DNA of 64,000 bases, taken from assembly GCF_018350175.1 (NCBI RefSeq), contig NC_058368.1:179368001-179432000 (forward strand). Reading direction: 5' to 3'. The DNA comes from Felis catus (lineage: Eukaryota). The translations under genes and the position numbers were made by a program. The notes beneath the pieces were generated by a model. It did not search any database, was not told where the DNA came from, and saw nothing but the letters and a program-made list of their open reading frames with translations. Of the stretch, positions 12,668 through 24,439 are shown in pieces (the first letter of the stretch is position 1; each line of letters begins with the position of its first letter).

Positions 12668-13149
12668 TAGGGGAGGAAAACTTTTCCTTTCTTTCCTTCC
12701 TTGGCTGGCCTAATAATTAAATTGAGATAAGACAGATTAACAGAAGGAAAAATAATTTAATTTTGTCTATACAGGAGCTCATAAAAAATACCAGACTCAA
12801 AGAAGTGACCAAAGCAAGCAGCTTTCATACCTTTAGACAAATAAACAATGAAATTGTGAAGAATGGACAAGATCTAAGAAGTCTAGGCCTGAGATAGTTA
12901 GTGAAGAAGTAACAAGGTTTAAAACTTTCTTGGCTCTGAATTCCATCTCTGTGATAACGATGCCTCTTTAACTCCTGGTACAGGGAGGGTAACTTTCATA
13001 TGGGAGATTCATTTCCTATTTTCAGGGGGGACAAAGGAGGGCCAGAATGTCCTTTTTGCACTGGCTCTTTCTTAAGTAACTTTAATTTCTAAATTATCAA
13101 TATGCCAAAATGACATCTTTTGGGGCAGCTTGCCCTGAACTCATCAACA
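12668..13149 (-). mobile_element. ERV1-class solo LTR (MER34/MER39-like)
   Basis: Minus strand begins tgttgatgagttcagggcaagctgccccaaaagatgtcattttggcatattga; other end has ctgttaatctgtcttat...tttcctccccta, typical of this group. Confidence 0.75.
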
Positions 13150-13575
13150 AGGAAGGGTTTGGATAATAGCAACCCCATTACAGGCTGCAGAATAGAAATT
13201 TCTGCCCTGGGGGTGATGGTCAAAATATTTAATGACCTATAGGACAGAAATATTGGCAATGCCACCCTGGTAATGGATCAGGTTTGGAGAGACCCCTGCA
13301 GTGTTAGGAGACACCCATTTGTTGCTGGGTAGTGTGGAAGTGTGGATCATAGGGGGTGGACCAAGCACCTGGTATGATAGTAGAACATTCAGGGGGTTGG
13401 AAGCAATTGACATTTACTAACCAGTTTGTAAGTCAGCATTTTTAGTGTGTAACTATTTTTCAGTACTGCCTTAGCTGAGACTACCAGATGAGTATCAGAT
13501 TTGCTTTTTACCCAGACATAACAAACATGAACCTTATCTTTAGTATCTTCAAAACTAGGACAATATGCTTGAAGC

Positions 13576-13665
13576 TGCTTCTTCCTCCTCCTTTACCTTC
13601 ACCCCTCTCTCCTCCTTCATCATCTCCACCTCCCCTTCTACTTCTGCCTTTTTCCTCCTCCTCCT
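13576..13665. repeat. CT-rich low-complexity tract
   Basis: Degenerate (CCT/CTT)n. Confidence 0.85.
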
Positions 13666-14174
13666 TGTTACTTTCAACACAGTATGAAAGAAAAACACAA
13701 ACATATGAAAAAAAAAAAGGTGGATGCACTCCTATACATTTGGAGCCCTGGTCAGAGTTTGGCCCTGTCCCTTCTAAGTCATTCATTAAAACAATTTCAT
13801 TCTCTCTTTAGTCTTAAAAAAAAATCCATTTATAATTCAGCCATGGGGTTAAGTAAACACTTGATTCAAACAGGAACAAGATTCTTCCTTTTCTCCCCCA
13901 GCCTTCCACTTAAGGCAAGACTTGAAGGTTCTCTTTATAGACAGGGAACCACAAAGAATAATGGGAAACACAAAACGATGATTAATTAGGCCAGGATGCA
14001 ATAAGAACATATATGGAGAAAATGCAAATATATTAACATGAAAAGGTTGAATTTAAAACTGTCTTTGTAACACAACAAGTGATGTTTGTTGTTGTTGTTG
14101 TTGTTCCCAAGATGAGAGGATTTGAGATCTAAAAGGTCACCTAAAGAAGTTCTGGGGAGTATGGCAGCTTTACT

Positions 14175-14381
14175 GGGACACTGTGTTTGAATTCATGCTC
14201 TACCACTTACTAGCTATGTGAACTTGGGAAAATAACTTAATCTCTGTTCCTCAGTTTTCTCATCTGTAAAATGTGAAAGAAGGAATTGTTAGTAACTCAG
14301 AGTTGATGTGGGATTAAATGAGATCATTCACTAGCATTCTTAGAGCATTGACTGACATGTAGCAATTGCCAAATAAATGTT
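14175..14381 (+). mobile_element. MIR, tail interrupted by an LTR
   Basis: Well-preserved core ctctaccacttactagctatgtgaacttgggaaaataacttaatctctgttcctcagttttctcatctgtaaaatg. Confidence 0.9.
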
Positions 14382-14464
14382 TATATTAATTGAGCTTCTC
14401 CAGGGAACAGAACAAATAGGATATCTATCTCCATATATCAATATCTATCTCTCTACATATGTAT

Positions 14465-14510
<46 letters not shown>

Positions 14511-15010
14511 AGAGAGAGAGAGAGAGAGAGAGGAGGGAGAGAGGGAGAGAGGGAGGGAAAGACAGAGAAAGGCAAAGGGAGTGACAGAAAAATATTATGA
14601 AGAATTGTCTCACACAACTACAGAGGTTAAGAAGTCCCACAGTCTGCCTTCTGCAGGCTGGAGACCCAGAAAGTCAGTGGTGTAATTCCAGTCTGAGTCT
14701 GAAGCCATAAGAACCAGGGGAGCTAAAGGTGTAAATCCCATTCCAAGGACAGGGGCAAAATGATGGCCCAGCTCAATTAGTGAGGCAGGGAGAAAAAAAT
14801 GGGCAAATTTCTCCTTCCTCCACTTTTTGTGCCATTCAGGCCCTCAAGAGATTAGATGATGCCTACCCACAATGGAGAAGCCAAAATACTTTACTGAATT
14901 CATGGATTCAAATGCTGATGTCATCCAGAAACACCCTTACAGATACACCCAGAAGCAATGTATCTAGCTACCCCATGGCACATCAAGTTAACTTAAAATT
15001 TACTATCACA
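14382..15010 (-). mobile_element. ERVL solo LTR (MLT2-like) with internal (GT)n/(GA)n microsatellite
   Basis: ttctccagggaacagaacaaatagga...gaagtcccacagtctgcc...ccagaaacacccttacagatacacccaga...tatcaca; 5-bp TSD atgtt (14377-14381, 15011-15015). Confidence 0.9.
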
Positions 15011-15039
15011 ATGTTCACTATGTGTTCCAAATCCTTACT

Positions 15040-15420
15040 ATGGTAGAGACAATGCTATGTGTTCATCAAAACCATGTTTTCTTTTCCTCTTAGTCACATG
15101 GCTCGACTTTCCTTATAGTTTTGTTCAGACGTATAACTGAATTCTGCCAGAAGTGATAGTAGAAGTCATGTGACACCTCCAGGTCAAGATAGTTAAGAGA
15201 TGGGTAGTTTGTCCATACCCTTCTCAGCACTTGAGAACCTGAGGTAACAATGTGAAGGCATCGTGGTCTCTGAATGACTGTGAGGAGCAGATCACCTCTC
15301 TACCACCGTTCTCTTTTGAACTGTGACACCAATAATAAATAAAATTTTATTGTGTTTTCCGCTGAGATTTGTGCAGGAGGGGGATGTTTGGTATACCAGT
15401 TAGTATACCCTGACAATACA
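15040..15420 (+). mobile_element. MaLR LTR (MLT1H/I-like)
   Basis: agaagtcatgtgacacctccagg...aaataaaattttattgtgttttccgctgagattt...ctgacaataca. Confidence 0.7.
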
Positions 15421-15491
15421 AAGTGAGTCACTTCACTTAAAAGTTATGTAGGGAATGATTAAGACTCTGTTTTTCCTTCTTGTTTCCTAAG

Positions 15492-15531
15492 GAATGGCCA
15501 AGGATTTAAGAAAATATCGTCCTCAATCTAA
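15492..15531 (+). CDS. Candidate terminal coding exon: (R)NGQGFKKISSSI*; alternative frame MAKDLRKYRPQSNGHWL* (15494-15547)
   Basis: Strong polypyrimidine tract ctctgtttttccttcttgtttcctaag; phase-compatible with the donor at 11797; unique island between an LTR and a MIR. Confidence 0.3.
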
Positions 15532-15574
15532 TGGGCATTGGCTGTAGTTCAGCTCTGGCTCTTCCTGGATAGCA

Positions 15575-16042
15575 TGACATCATGGAAAACACATAGGACT
15601 TGGAATCAGATATCTTGGGTTTAAATCTTGGATCTGTCAGTCTCCAATTATGTGACCTAGGATAAATTTCTTAACCTCTCTCAATATGTTTCCTTATCTT
15701 AAAAATTAGGATAACACAAAATTTAAAATTCACTGCTCTTGACCCAGAAATCATACTTTTAGGAATCAGTGTCATGGAAGAATTCCTACATGTGTCCAAC
15801 AATGTATGTATGAAGAGACCTGTTGTACTGATGTATGTAATAACTTTAGGTCCATCAATTAGGGAAAGCTACATAAGTCATGATGTATCTTTATCATACA
15901 GATACCTAAAACTTTTTAAAAAGCAATGAGATAGCATTGTATATGCTGGATATAGAAGAACTATCCACAACATATTATTAAATGCAAAAGCAAATGCATG
16001 ATACAAAATTATCTGATCTCATTTATGTTCTTTAAATGGGTG

Positions 16043-16073
<31 letters not shown>

Positions 16074-16330
16074 GTATGTATGAATATACACACACATAGA
16101 AAAAGCTCTTGAAAGATGTAGAACATCAGTGGTACATCTATGAAGTATAGTATTCCAGTAGGTACTTTTGAGATATTATGTTAGGTACTTTTGAAATGGG
16201 ATGAATAAATGAGTTAGATAAGGAAATAAAGGGGAACCTTCATTTTTACTCTAAGACTTCTAAATTTAAGAAAAATTCATGAAGAAACTGTAAGTCTTTT
16301 ATAATAGTAAAAACTAAAAAAAGTAAAAGG
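15575..16330 (+). mobile_element. MIR fragment followed by an old L1 3' fragment containing (CA)n
   Basis: ggacttggaatcagatatcttgggtttaaatc (MIR); ttgacccagaaatcatacttttaggaat...gtccatcaattaggg (L1). Confidence 0.7.
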
Positions 16331-16887
16331 TGATAGAAAGGTAAATAACCTCACAGAGTTTTTGTAAAGTTAAATTTACTTAATATAAATGGAAGTTTGG
16401 GGCACATAATGTCCTTAAGAAAAACAACTTATTTTTTCGTTTTTTTACTCTTCTTGGGGATCCAAACCTATAGTGGTTTGAATTTTAAACACTTTATTAT
16501 ATTACTTATGGATGTATCTCAAGTGGATGTGTTGTTCATTTTACTCTGTTCTCTTTAATTCCACTGTTGTGTGTCCTTTTTTTTTAAAGGAGGCTTTTCT
16601 TATGCCATGTGACCCTGATTTCCTGCTGCCACTGTAGTCTTGACTGTCCCACTTTATGTTCCCTTAAGTACTTTCTTCTAAAGAGGCAACATCTCACTTA
16701 CCAAGCATGACCTCAGAATCCTTGAAAAATCAACTGCAGTCTTCTTTCAACCAGGGCTAACTCCTCTGGTCATTTTATTAACAGATTGTTGAGGCCAAAA
16801 TGACTATGATGGGAAACCAGCAGAAGGGTTTCAGAGCACTGGAGATCTTGGCCCTTGAGATTCTTGAGATTCAGAGTACTAACTCTC

Positions 16888-17361
16888 TACTTTCTTATAA
16901 ATTCAGTGGGTTGGGAATTCAGATAGGGCAGAAAAGAGACAGTTTGCTCTGCTCCAGGATGTATGGGGTCTCAACTGGAAGACTTGTAGGGTGGAGGCTG
17001 GAATCAATCATCTGAAGGTTTATTTACTCACATTTTTAGTGGTTGGTACTGGTTGTTGGCTTATGGCCTCAGTTACTCTCCTTGTGGGCCTCGTGAGACA
17101 GTCTCCTCACATGGGCTTGATTGGGCTTCCTCATAGCATGGTGACTGGGTTCCAAGCTCAAACATCTTGAGAAAGATAGCCTTTTATAATTTAGCCTCAG
17201 AAGTCACACAGTATCATTTCTACTGCACTGTGTTCATCAAATTAGTTACAAAGTCTTCCCCAGTTTCAAGAGAAGGGAAAATAGATTCTATAAGCTTCTG
17301 GAAGAGCATGTGGAACCAGAAATATTGCTGTGGCCATTTTTGGAAATTATGACTTTTCATA
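16888..17361 (-). mobile_element. MaLR LTR (MLT1F/G-like)
   Basis: gggcttcctcatagcatggtgactggg...tagcctcagaagtcacacagtatcatttctactgc...gctgtggccatttttggaaa. Confidence 0.8.
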
Positions 17362-18090
17362 GTTTATAAGCTCTAAAGTTCCTGAGATGGGAAAGATCAT
17401 CATATACTTGCAGCTTTGGGGATTACAGCTAAATGAAGTTATTCTGGGGGCTCTTGGGTTGATGATTTGAGCTTATAAGTTATGCTGAAGGCTGAGTATG
17501 GCCTTGTTCTTTTAGAGTTTCTCCAGTTATTTGTTTGTTTGTAGCTTTTCTGGTTAGAAAGTGAAGACCTGCAGCAGCAAATACTTTTACATGTTTATTG
17601 CCTTGCTCCAGGCCACAAACCTTCCACAGTAAATGCTGCCCTTTAAATAAGTTAAAGGATTCAACTGACCATATCTTGTGCCTTTTTGTTGAAAGTGTAT
17701 TTAATTGCTACCCCTCAAATCCCAACATTTGAATACCAAGGTCCTACAAAGTTGAGGATAGGGAAGGAGTCCAGACTAGGAATCTGAATTAGGGATCAAG
17801 TTAGAAAAGCAGTAATTTTTCTTTCAGGACAGCTGCGTGTAAGGAGCATTCATCTCTGTCCATTTGCATGCTCGGTTCTTTACTCAGAAACATCCCACAT
17901 AAATATTTTAATGTGGTGATGGTGATAACACATTCTGTTTTTTTTTTTTTTTCTGCCATTAAAGTATTCTGTCACAGTGGCCAGTTAATGTAGGTTACTG
18001 TCTTTGGTCCTCAAGCTACTAAGGATTGAGAAGTAAAATTAATTTATAATGGATTTGAATTAAATACTTCACTCTTTTTTTTTTATTCTT

Positions 18091-18301
18091 TTTTTTTTCA
18101 ACGTTTATTTATTTTTGGGACAGAGAGAGACCGAGCATGAACAGGGGAGGAGCAGAGAGAGAGGGAGACACAGAATCGGAAACAGGCTCCACGCTCTGAG
18201 CCATCAGCCCAAAGCCTGACACAGGGCTCGAACTCACGGACCGCGAGATCGTGACCTGGCTGAAGTCGGACGCTTAACCGACTGCGCCACCCAGGCACCC
18301 C
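18091..18301 (-). mobile_element. Young cat-type Can-SINE
   Basis: Near-consensus and CpG-rich; duplicated T-run + attctt on both flanks. Confidence 0.97.
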
Positions 18302-18479
18302 CTTTTTTTTTTTTTTTTTTTTATTCTTAAATCAACTGCCTCTGGTCTCACTCCATCTGCAGAGAAGTCAGGAAATTTGAATGTAGTCACGATTGTGGTG
18401 GTGGTGGCAGATCATGGGGGTGAATTGGGGTGGGGATGATGCTCTCCCTTTCTTGAGGTTGTACATCTTGTCTAGAATA

Positions 18480-18806
18480 CCATGGTTGTAGCTTCCCATC
18501 TTCAATCCATTGTTATTGCCATTGATATTCTTATCATTCAAGCTAAAGAATCAACAGCAACCCAAAGGAAGTTCTTCCTAAGACAAGGACAGGAATAGAA
18601 GATGGTGAGTGAAAACCCAAGAGGTCCCCTAAGGCCTTAGCTCAGAGTTTTGCAGTCAGTTCTGCTCCATTCTATTTTTCGAGCAACTTTCATTGCCAGG
18701 CCCATGTCAAGGGCAGTAAAGTACACTTCTTCCACAGGGAAGCCATGCTATGGGTATGGATGTAGAAAAGGGTAAATAATGGAGGCCAACATGTCAGTTG
18801 ATCACA
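18480..18806 (-). mobile_element. Old MaLR LTR fragment
   Basis: aggccttagctcagagttttgcagtcagttctgctccattctatt...ggaggccaac...atcaca. Confidence 0.5.
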
Positions 18807-18814
18807 GTTTCCTT

Positions 18815-19750
18815 TCTTCATTTTTTCCTGCTTATAATTTATTTGTTGAAGAAACCAAATAATTTGTCCTGTGGAATTTCCCACATCCTGTATTTTTCTG
18901 ATTGCATATCCATAGTATCATTTAACATGCTTCTCAGTTTTTTGCATTTCTGTAACTTGGTAGTTAGATATAGCAGCTTCATCTGACATGAATTTTTACA
19001 AGGATCTTTTATAGGTAGTGATGTGTCCTTTTATCAGGAAGAACACAGTGTCTCTTTTTGTGTTAGTTGCTATCATTGATCTTTACCTAAATCCATTAGT
19101 TAGTTGGGGGTTTGCAAAAGAATAATAGCATTTTTCCTTCATTTATTTTTGGGAACCCTTCTATAAAGAAAAAACTTTTCTTCATCAACCCTTATCTGAG
19201 GTACAGGTCCTACAGGAAATCAGGCCAACTGCTTAATTCTTTCCTTTACCAGTTTCTGAATAATGTGGTCCTGCAGCAAGCTCCAGAGAAGACATTGAGT
19301 ATTGTTTTTAGTATCTTATGAACTCATGGATTTTAATACATTTGAATTTTTGGGGGGCACCTGGGTGGCTCAGTCAGTTGAGCGTCTGACTTCAGCTCAG
19401 GCCATGATCTTGCAGTTTGTGAGTTCAAGCCCCACATCAGGCTCACTGCTGTCGACCTGTCAGTGCAGAGCCCGCTTCAGATCCTCTGTCCCCCTCTCTC
19501 TGTGCCCTTCCCCTGCTTATGCTCTCTCTCTCAAAAAAATAAATAAAACATTAAAAAAAATATGTATTTGAAGTTTTTTCCTTCCTTGGTATATTATTCA
19601 TGTCAGTGCTTGACTTGCCTTGTTTTAGTCAATGGAAGCCATTTTGAGCTAATTCTTGACCTTCTGACTTGACTACCATTGTCTTTGATGGTGTCCCTGC
19701 TTTCAGATGTGATAAGACATTCCAGGGTCATCTTGTACATTCTCTGCCTA
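18815..19750 (-). mobile_element. Old L1 (L1MC-like) 3' fragment, interrupted by a SINE
   Basis: atttgttgaagaaaccaaataatttgtcctgtggaatttcccacatcctg; gataagacattccagggtcatcttgtacatt. Confidence 0.65.
19354..19560 (+). mobile_element. Can-SINE
   Basis: ggggcacctgggtggctcagtcagttgagc head, CT tract, A tail. Confidence 0.95.
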
Positions 19751-20363
19751 TGTTTTTGTTGTTGTTGTTCTCAATGTTCCAAGGTAACTCAGCTATATTT
19801 GGGTGCTAAAGAAAGATATCAGACTTTTTTGGAATAGTGCTTCAGCTAATATATTTAGAGGTAGGCAAGAAGATTCAAAGAGGAAATGGGCATTGATAAT
19901 GGATAGGACTGTATTTGTTGACTGAGCCACTGAGAGGAAAGTGGCAGATCCATTCTAAGAGCAGTTTTGTGGTTTCAGGACTCCGAAATTCCTATTTACC
20001 TCTTTGTAGGTCTGATTACCCACAGATTCATGACCCACTGTTCTCTGGGAGCTTTTGATCAAGACAAGAAATTTGTGTATCAGCAATTAATGAGCATAAT
20101 GGCTTCATCTCAAGGCAATGCCATCTCTGGACAATAAAACATAGCCTTTAGGCCCTGAGGCACAGCCTCATTTTGAAGCTGTCTGCCTACTTGTTCAGAT
20201 AACCATTTACAGACCAGCCCCTAAGTCTTGGGTTTTGAACAGCTGGTAGTAATTTTCTTGCACTAAATGACTGCTAATTATCCTATGCACCACACTTAAT
20301 TTATGTGTTGTTGGCTGAGTTGTGAGTTCACCTACTCATTATAATTACTTCTTGCCTTCATCC

Positions 20364-20574
20364 TTTTAAAAAATTTTTTTTTTAACATTCATTTTTGAGA
20401 GACAGAGTGTGAATTGGGGAGAGGTGGGAAGAGAGGGAGACACAGAATTTGAAGCAGGCTCTAGACTCTGGGCTGTCAGCACAGAACCCAACGTGGGGCT
20501 CGAACTCATGGACCACAAGATCATGACCTGAGCTGAAGTCGGATGCTTAACTGACTTAGCCACCCAGGTGCCCC
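20364..20574 (-). mobile_element. Can-SINE
   Basis: Full head, body and tail on the minus strand. Confidence 0.95.
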
Positions 20575-20769
20575 TACTGCCCCCTTCTCTCTTATTCCAC
20601 CTTTCATTTCCAGCACCACAATGCAGGGAGTTAGATACAACTGAACAAAGGTTTCATAGCACTAGCCAGTCTTAGTGGATCAGCAGATGAACTCTGGTCT
20701 CTGCAACAGGACACTTGATGATGAGAAAATGAAAGCTCCAAGGAGAAACTGTCATTTCAGCATCATGGT

Positions 20770-21000
20770 GACCTAGAAAGCATCATAACCAAGAAGCTGA
20801 CAGCCTGAGATCTAGTGCCAGGTACTCTGTTGTTAGGCTGTGTTACTTTGATTGTGTCATTTAATATTTCACTCTGTTTTTTCACCTCTAGAATAAGGAT
20901 GGTATCTCTTGCCCTGTCCATTTCACAGGCTAAAGTGGGATAACGTATATAATTTGGATTTATACATTATAAAGTCCTAGTAAGTATTAATGTTGACAAT
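20770..21000 (+). mobile_element. MIR fragment
   Basis: ggctgtgttactttgattgtgtcatttaa...ttcacctctagaataaggat. Confidence 0.55.
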
Positions 21001-21281
21001 TCATGTTTTATGAAATATTACTATCTCTTCACAGCAAATAGTAAAGGGGAGAAACTCTTCCAGGCATGTGAATATTAATATATCATTTCAAAAGTCTTTT
21101 TCCATGAAGACATTATGTCTAAAGACATTGGCTTACTGAGTCCTCATAACAAGTGATGAGATGTATTAGAGAGGTGGAATTATCCCTGTTCCAAGCTGAA
21201 TTGTGTCTCCCAAAAAGATATGTTGAAATCCTAGCCCCCAGGACCTCAGAATGCAAACTTATTTAGAAATAGTGTATTGCA

Positions 21282-21505
21282 GAGGTGCCTCGGTGGCTCA
21301 GTCGGTTGAGCGTCCAACTTTGGCTCAGGTCATGGTCTCACAGTTGGTGAGTTCAAGCCCCGGGTTGGGCTCTGTGCTAACAAACAGCTCAGAGCCTGGA
21401 GCCTGTTTCAGATTCAGTGTCTCCGTCTTTCTCTCTCTGCCCCTCCCCTGTTCATGTTCTGTCTCTCTAAAATAAATGTTAAAAAAAAAAAGTTAAAAAA
21501 AAAAG
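21282..21505 (+). mobile_element. Can-SINE (first of a tandem pair)
   Basis: Perfect TSD gaaatagtgtattgca (21266-21281, 21506-21521). Confidence 0.97.
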
Positions 21506-21521
21506 GAAATAGTGTATTGCA

Positions 21522-21742
21522 GGGGTGCCTTGGTGGCTCAGCCAGTTAAGTGTCCGACTCTTGATTTTGGCTCAGGTCATGATCTTATGGTTCATGAGTT
21601 TGAACCCCTCATCAGGCTCTGCGCTGACATCATGGAGCCTGCTTGGGATTCTGTCTCCCTCTCTCCCTGCCTCTCCCCTGCTTACTCTCTATCTCTCAAG
21701 ATAAATAAAAATAATCTTTAAAAAATTATTAAAAAAAAGAAA
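21522..21742 (+). mobile_element. Can-SINE of a different subtype (second of the pair)
   Basis: Head carries the actcttgattttggctcagg variant; downstream TSD gaaatagcgtgttgca (21743-21758). Confidence 0.97.
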
Positions 21743-22352
21743 GAAATAGCGTGTTGCAGATATAGTTAAGGAATAGGTGGACCCCTAACCCAGTAGGACT
21801 GGTGTACCAATAAGAAGAGGAGAAACAAACACACAGAGAGAACACCATGTGACAACAGAGGCAGAGGTTGCAGTGATGGAGCTCTAAGCCAAGGAGTGCC
21901 AAGGATTGACAGCCACCACCATAAAAGGAAGAGGTAAGGAAGGATTCTTCCCTACAGATTTCAGAGGATTGATACCCTGACATTGGATCTATACTCCACA
22001 AATGTGACAAAATAAATTTCTGTCACTTTAAACCACCTAGTTTGTGGTACTTTGTTGTGAAAGTCTTAGGAAACTAATACAATCCCCATTTTCTGACCAG
22101 TATTTTGAAGTTTAGAGAGTTCAATCAGGAAGTATTTGTCAAGAGTCTGCAGTGTGTCAGGTACTCTTCCAGTCCCTATGCATACAGCTCTAAATAAAAC
22201 AAAATTAAAATCATGCTCTAGGGTATACAGCTTGTTAAAGACAAGTAATATGATGACACCCAAGTGCCAGGACTTCCAGATCAGCATTTCTGTTTTGGTT
22301 TATTTTCATTATATCCTCCAAAGTAAGGGTTGACTTTAATATTGGCAATGCT

Positions 22353-22570
22353 GGGGCACCTGGGTGGCTCAGTCAGTTAGGCGTCCGACTTCAGCTAAGA
22401 TCATGATTTCACACTTCATGAGTTTGAGCCCCATGTCAGGCTCTGTGCTGAGAGCTCAAGAGCCTGGAGCCTGCACCAGATTCTGTGTCTCCCTTTCTCC
22501 CCCATCCCTGCTCATGCTCTGTCTCTCTCTGTCTCTCAAAAATGAATAAACATTGAAAAAAATTTTTTAA
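22353..22570 (+). mobile_element. Can-SINE
   Basis: Full element; degenerate TSD around attggca. Confidence 0.95.
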
Positions 22571-22925
22571 AAAATTGGCAGTTCTTATACTGCTTGTGAA
22601 TGTGCCTGGATTGTTTTGCTATTCTCTAGGGAGCTCAATAACCTGTTTCCTTACTGGCGAACTTATATTCTCCTTTAGACACAATACATGCATTATCACA
22701 ATCCTCTCTAGCCCTGGGGATGGGCACCCTTCTTTTTTTCCTTGACTCTGAATTCAGGATCAGATAATCTGATGCAAGAACAACTTTGTGATGGGGCATT
22801 TCTGAACAAAGAGAAAAAGGGGAATTCCAAATTGCCACATTTCTAGTTATGTAAGTAGGTATTTAAAACACCGTGAAGGTCTAAGAGTCATTGGTCAAGG
22901 GACTTGTTAAAAAAAAGTCCTTCTG

Positions 22926-23138
22926 GGGGCGCCTGGGTGGCGCAGTCGGTTAAGCGTCCGACTTCAGCCAGGTCACGATCTCGCGGTCCGGGAGTTCAAG
23001 CCCCGCGTCAGGCTCTGGGCTGATGGCTCGGAGCCTGGAGCCTGTTTCCGATTCTGTGTCTCCCTCTCTCTCTGCCCCTCGCCCGTTCATGCTCTGTCTC
23101 TCTCTGTCCCAAAAATAAATAAAAAACGTTGAGAAAAA

Positions 23139-23168
<30 letters not shown>
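22926..23168 (+). mobile_element. Very young cat-type Can-SINE
   Basis: CpGs retained, long pure A tail, TSD aaaaaagtccttctg on both sides. Confidence 0.98.
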
Positions 23169-23178
<10 letters not shown>

Positions 23179-24037
23179 TTCTGGAGCACCTGAACTCATT
23201 CTTTCAGGTATGAAGAAGTATAGCAGATGGTAGAGTATGGCCTGACAATAGCCTCCTGATGGAGAGAACAAACGTTGGCTTTTGAGCTCCCTGGTGAAGG
23301 TGCTAACGGACTTGGTTATTTCATCACTTAAGAGTAAGAAAAGGTAAAATAAGTGTGTACAGGAACCTTACTTCATAAATAAAACCAACCATGGCAATAG
23401 CCTTGAAAGACTTAATTCAAGACCTCCTTTCCTTCCCACCTTGACATTTTAATGGGGTCGGCAGCTTGAGCTTCATTGTAATGGAAACCAGAAGACAATC
23501 TCCAAAAGTGAAAGGCTACAACAGAGGCCCAGCAGCCTTTGTGTCTAAATGTATCAACTCTGTCCTCAGCAAATGGCAATGTTGCCTGACAGGCAATTAC
23601 TGCTGTTCCTAATTGCTTCCATCAAACCCGGCTGTTTGAAATACCTAGAGCCCCATACCACCTCGTGTCTCAGCCAACAGTTTTCTTGGCTTTGGTTAAT
23701 GCTTTATTTTTGGCATGCTGGTTTTTGTCTGGCCATCAAGTCCATTCTGACCCATTAAACTTTCCAAAGACCTTCTCTGATCAAAGCTAGAAGACAATCT
23801 AATTAGGTTGTTTTAAGTGGAAGACTGGCAAGGCAAAGTGTCTCCTGTTTGGCTTGTCGGTACATGGGGAGAAGATGAAAGCTCTACTTAGGACTCTGCC
23901 TGCAGATATAGAGTTCATGGTAGAGCTGCCTGATAGTGGCATTTTCTTGAATGCCTATAGAAATGGGTTTTGTGTGGGGAACTCTGAGCACCATGAGAAA
24001 GGGTGAATGGGTTTACATGTTAAAGTACATAAGTTTT

Positions 24038-24242
24038 GGGGCACCTGGGTGGCTTAGTCGGTTAAGCATCCGACTTCAGCTCAGGTCATGATCTCTCAGT
24101 TCATGGGTTCAAGCCCTGCATCAGGCTCTGTGCTGACAGCCCAGAGCCTGGAGCCTGCTTCAGATTCTGTGTCTCCCTCTCTCTCTGCCCCTCCATCTCT
24201 CGTGCTCTCTTTCTCTCTCAAAAATAAACATTAAAAAAATAA
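24038..24242 (+). mobile_element. Can-SINE
   Basis: 16-bp TSD taaagtacataagttt (24021-24036, 24243-24258). Confidence 0.97.
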
Positions 24243-24439
24243 TAAAGTACATAAGTTTCATTAGTGTGCTATAGGAAGCATGATTTTTTTCTTAACCCAA
24301 AATTTTTCCAATGTGATTAAATTAGAACTTTTGATATTTTTCTCTACCAGTAGTATCCCCAACTCAGGAAAGGCCACAACCACACAGATAATTATGAGTC
24401 ATCTTTGGTGTTTCCATGGCCCTCATCCCCTATTACTTT

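Larger units (their letters stand above)
21187..22081 (+). mobile_element. MaLR solo LTR (MLT1B/C-like) split by two SINEs
   Basis: Start tgttccaagctgaattgtgtctcccaaaaagatatgttgaaatcctagcccc; end aataaatttctgtcactttaaaccacctagtttgtggtactttgtt...ggaaactaataca. Confidence 0.9.

Noticed and set aside
13205..13470. Possible ancient hAT MITE (gtcaaaatatttaatgacc...)
   Set aside because: Only a faint terminal resemblance; cannot define ends or family.
18098..18298. Recurring small 'protein family' (PGWRSRLSVRLQPGHDL..., MAQSVKRPTSAQVMIS...)
   Set aside because: These are Can-SINE translations; recurrence reflects SINE copy number.
21266..21758. CRISPR-like repeat-spacer array (three 16-bp repeats about 240 bp apart)
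   Set aside because: The spacers are SINEs and the repeats are TSDs; mammalian context, no cas genes.
22926..23010. tRNA gene
   Set aside because: The tRNA-like A/B boxes are SINE heads followed by CT tract, A tail and TSD.
23195..23350. Acceptor-like ctcattctttcag as another coding exon
   Set aside because: All three frames stop within 10 codons.
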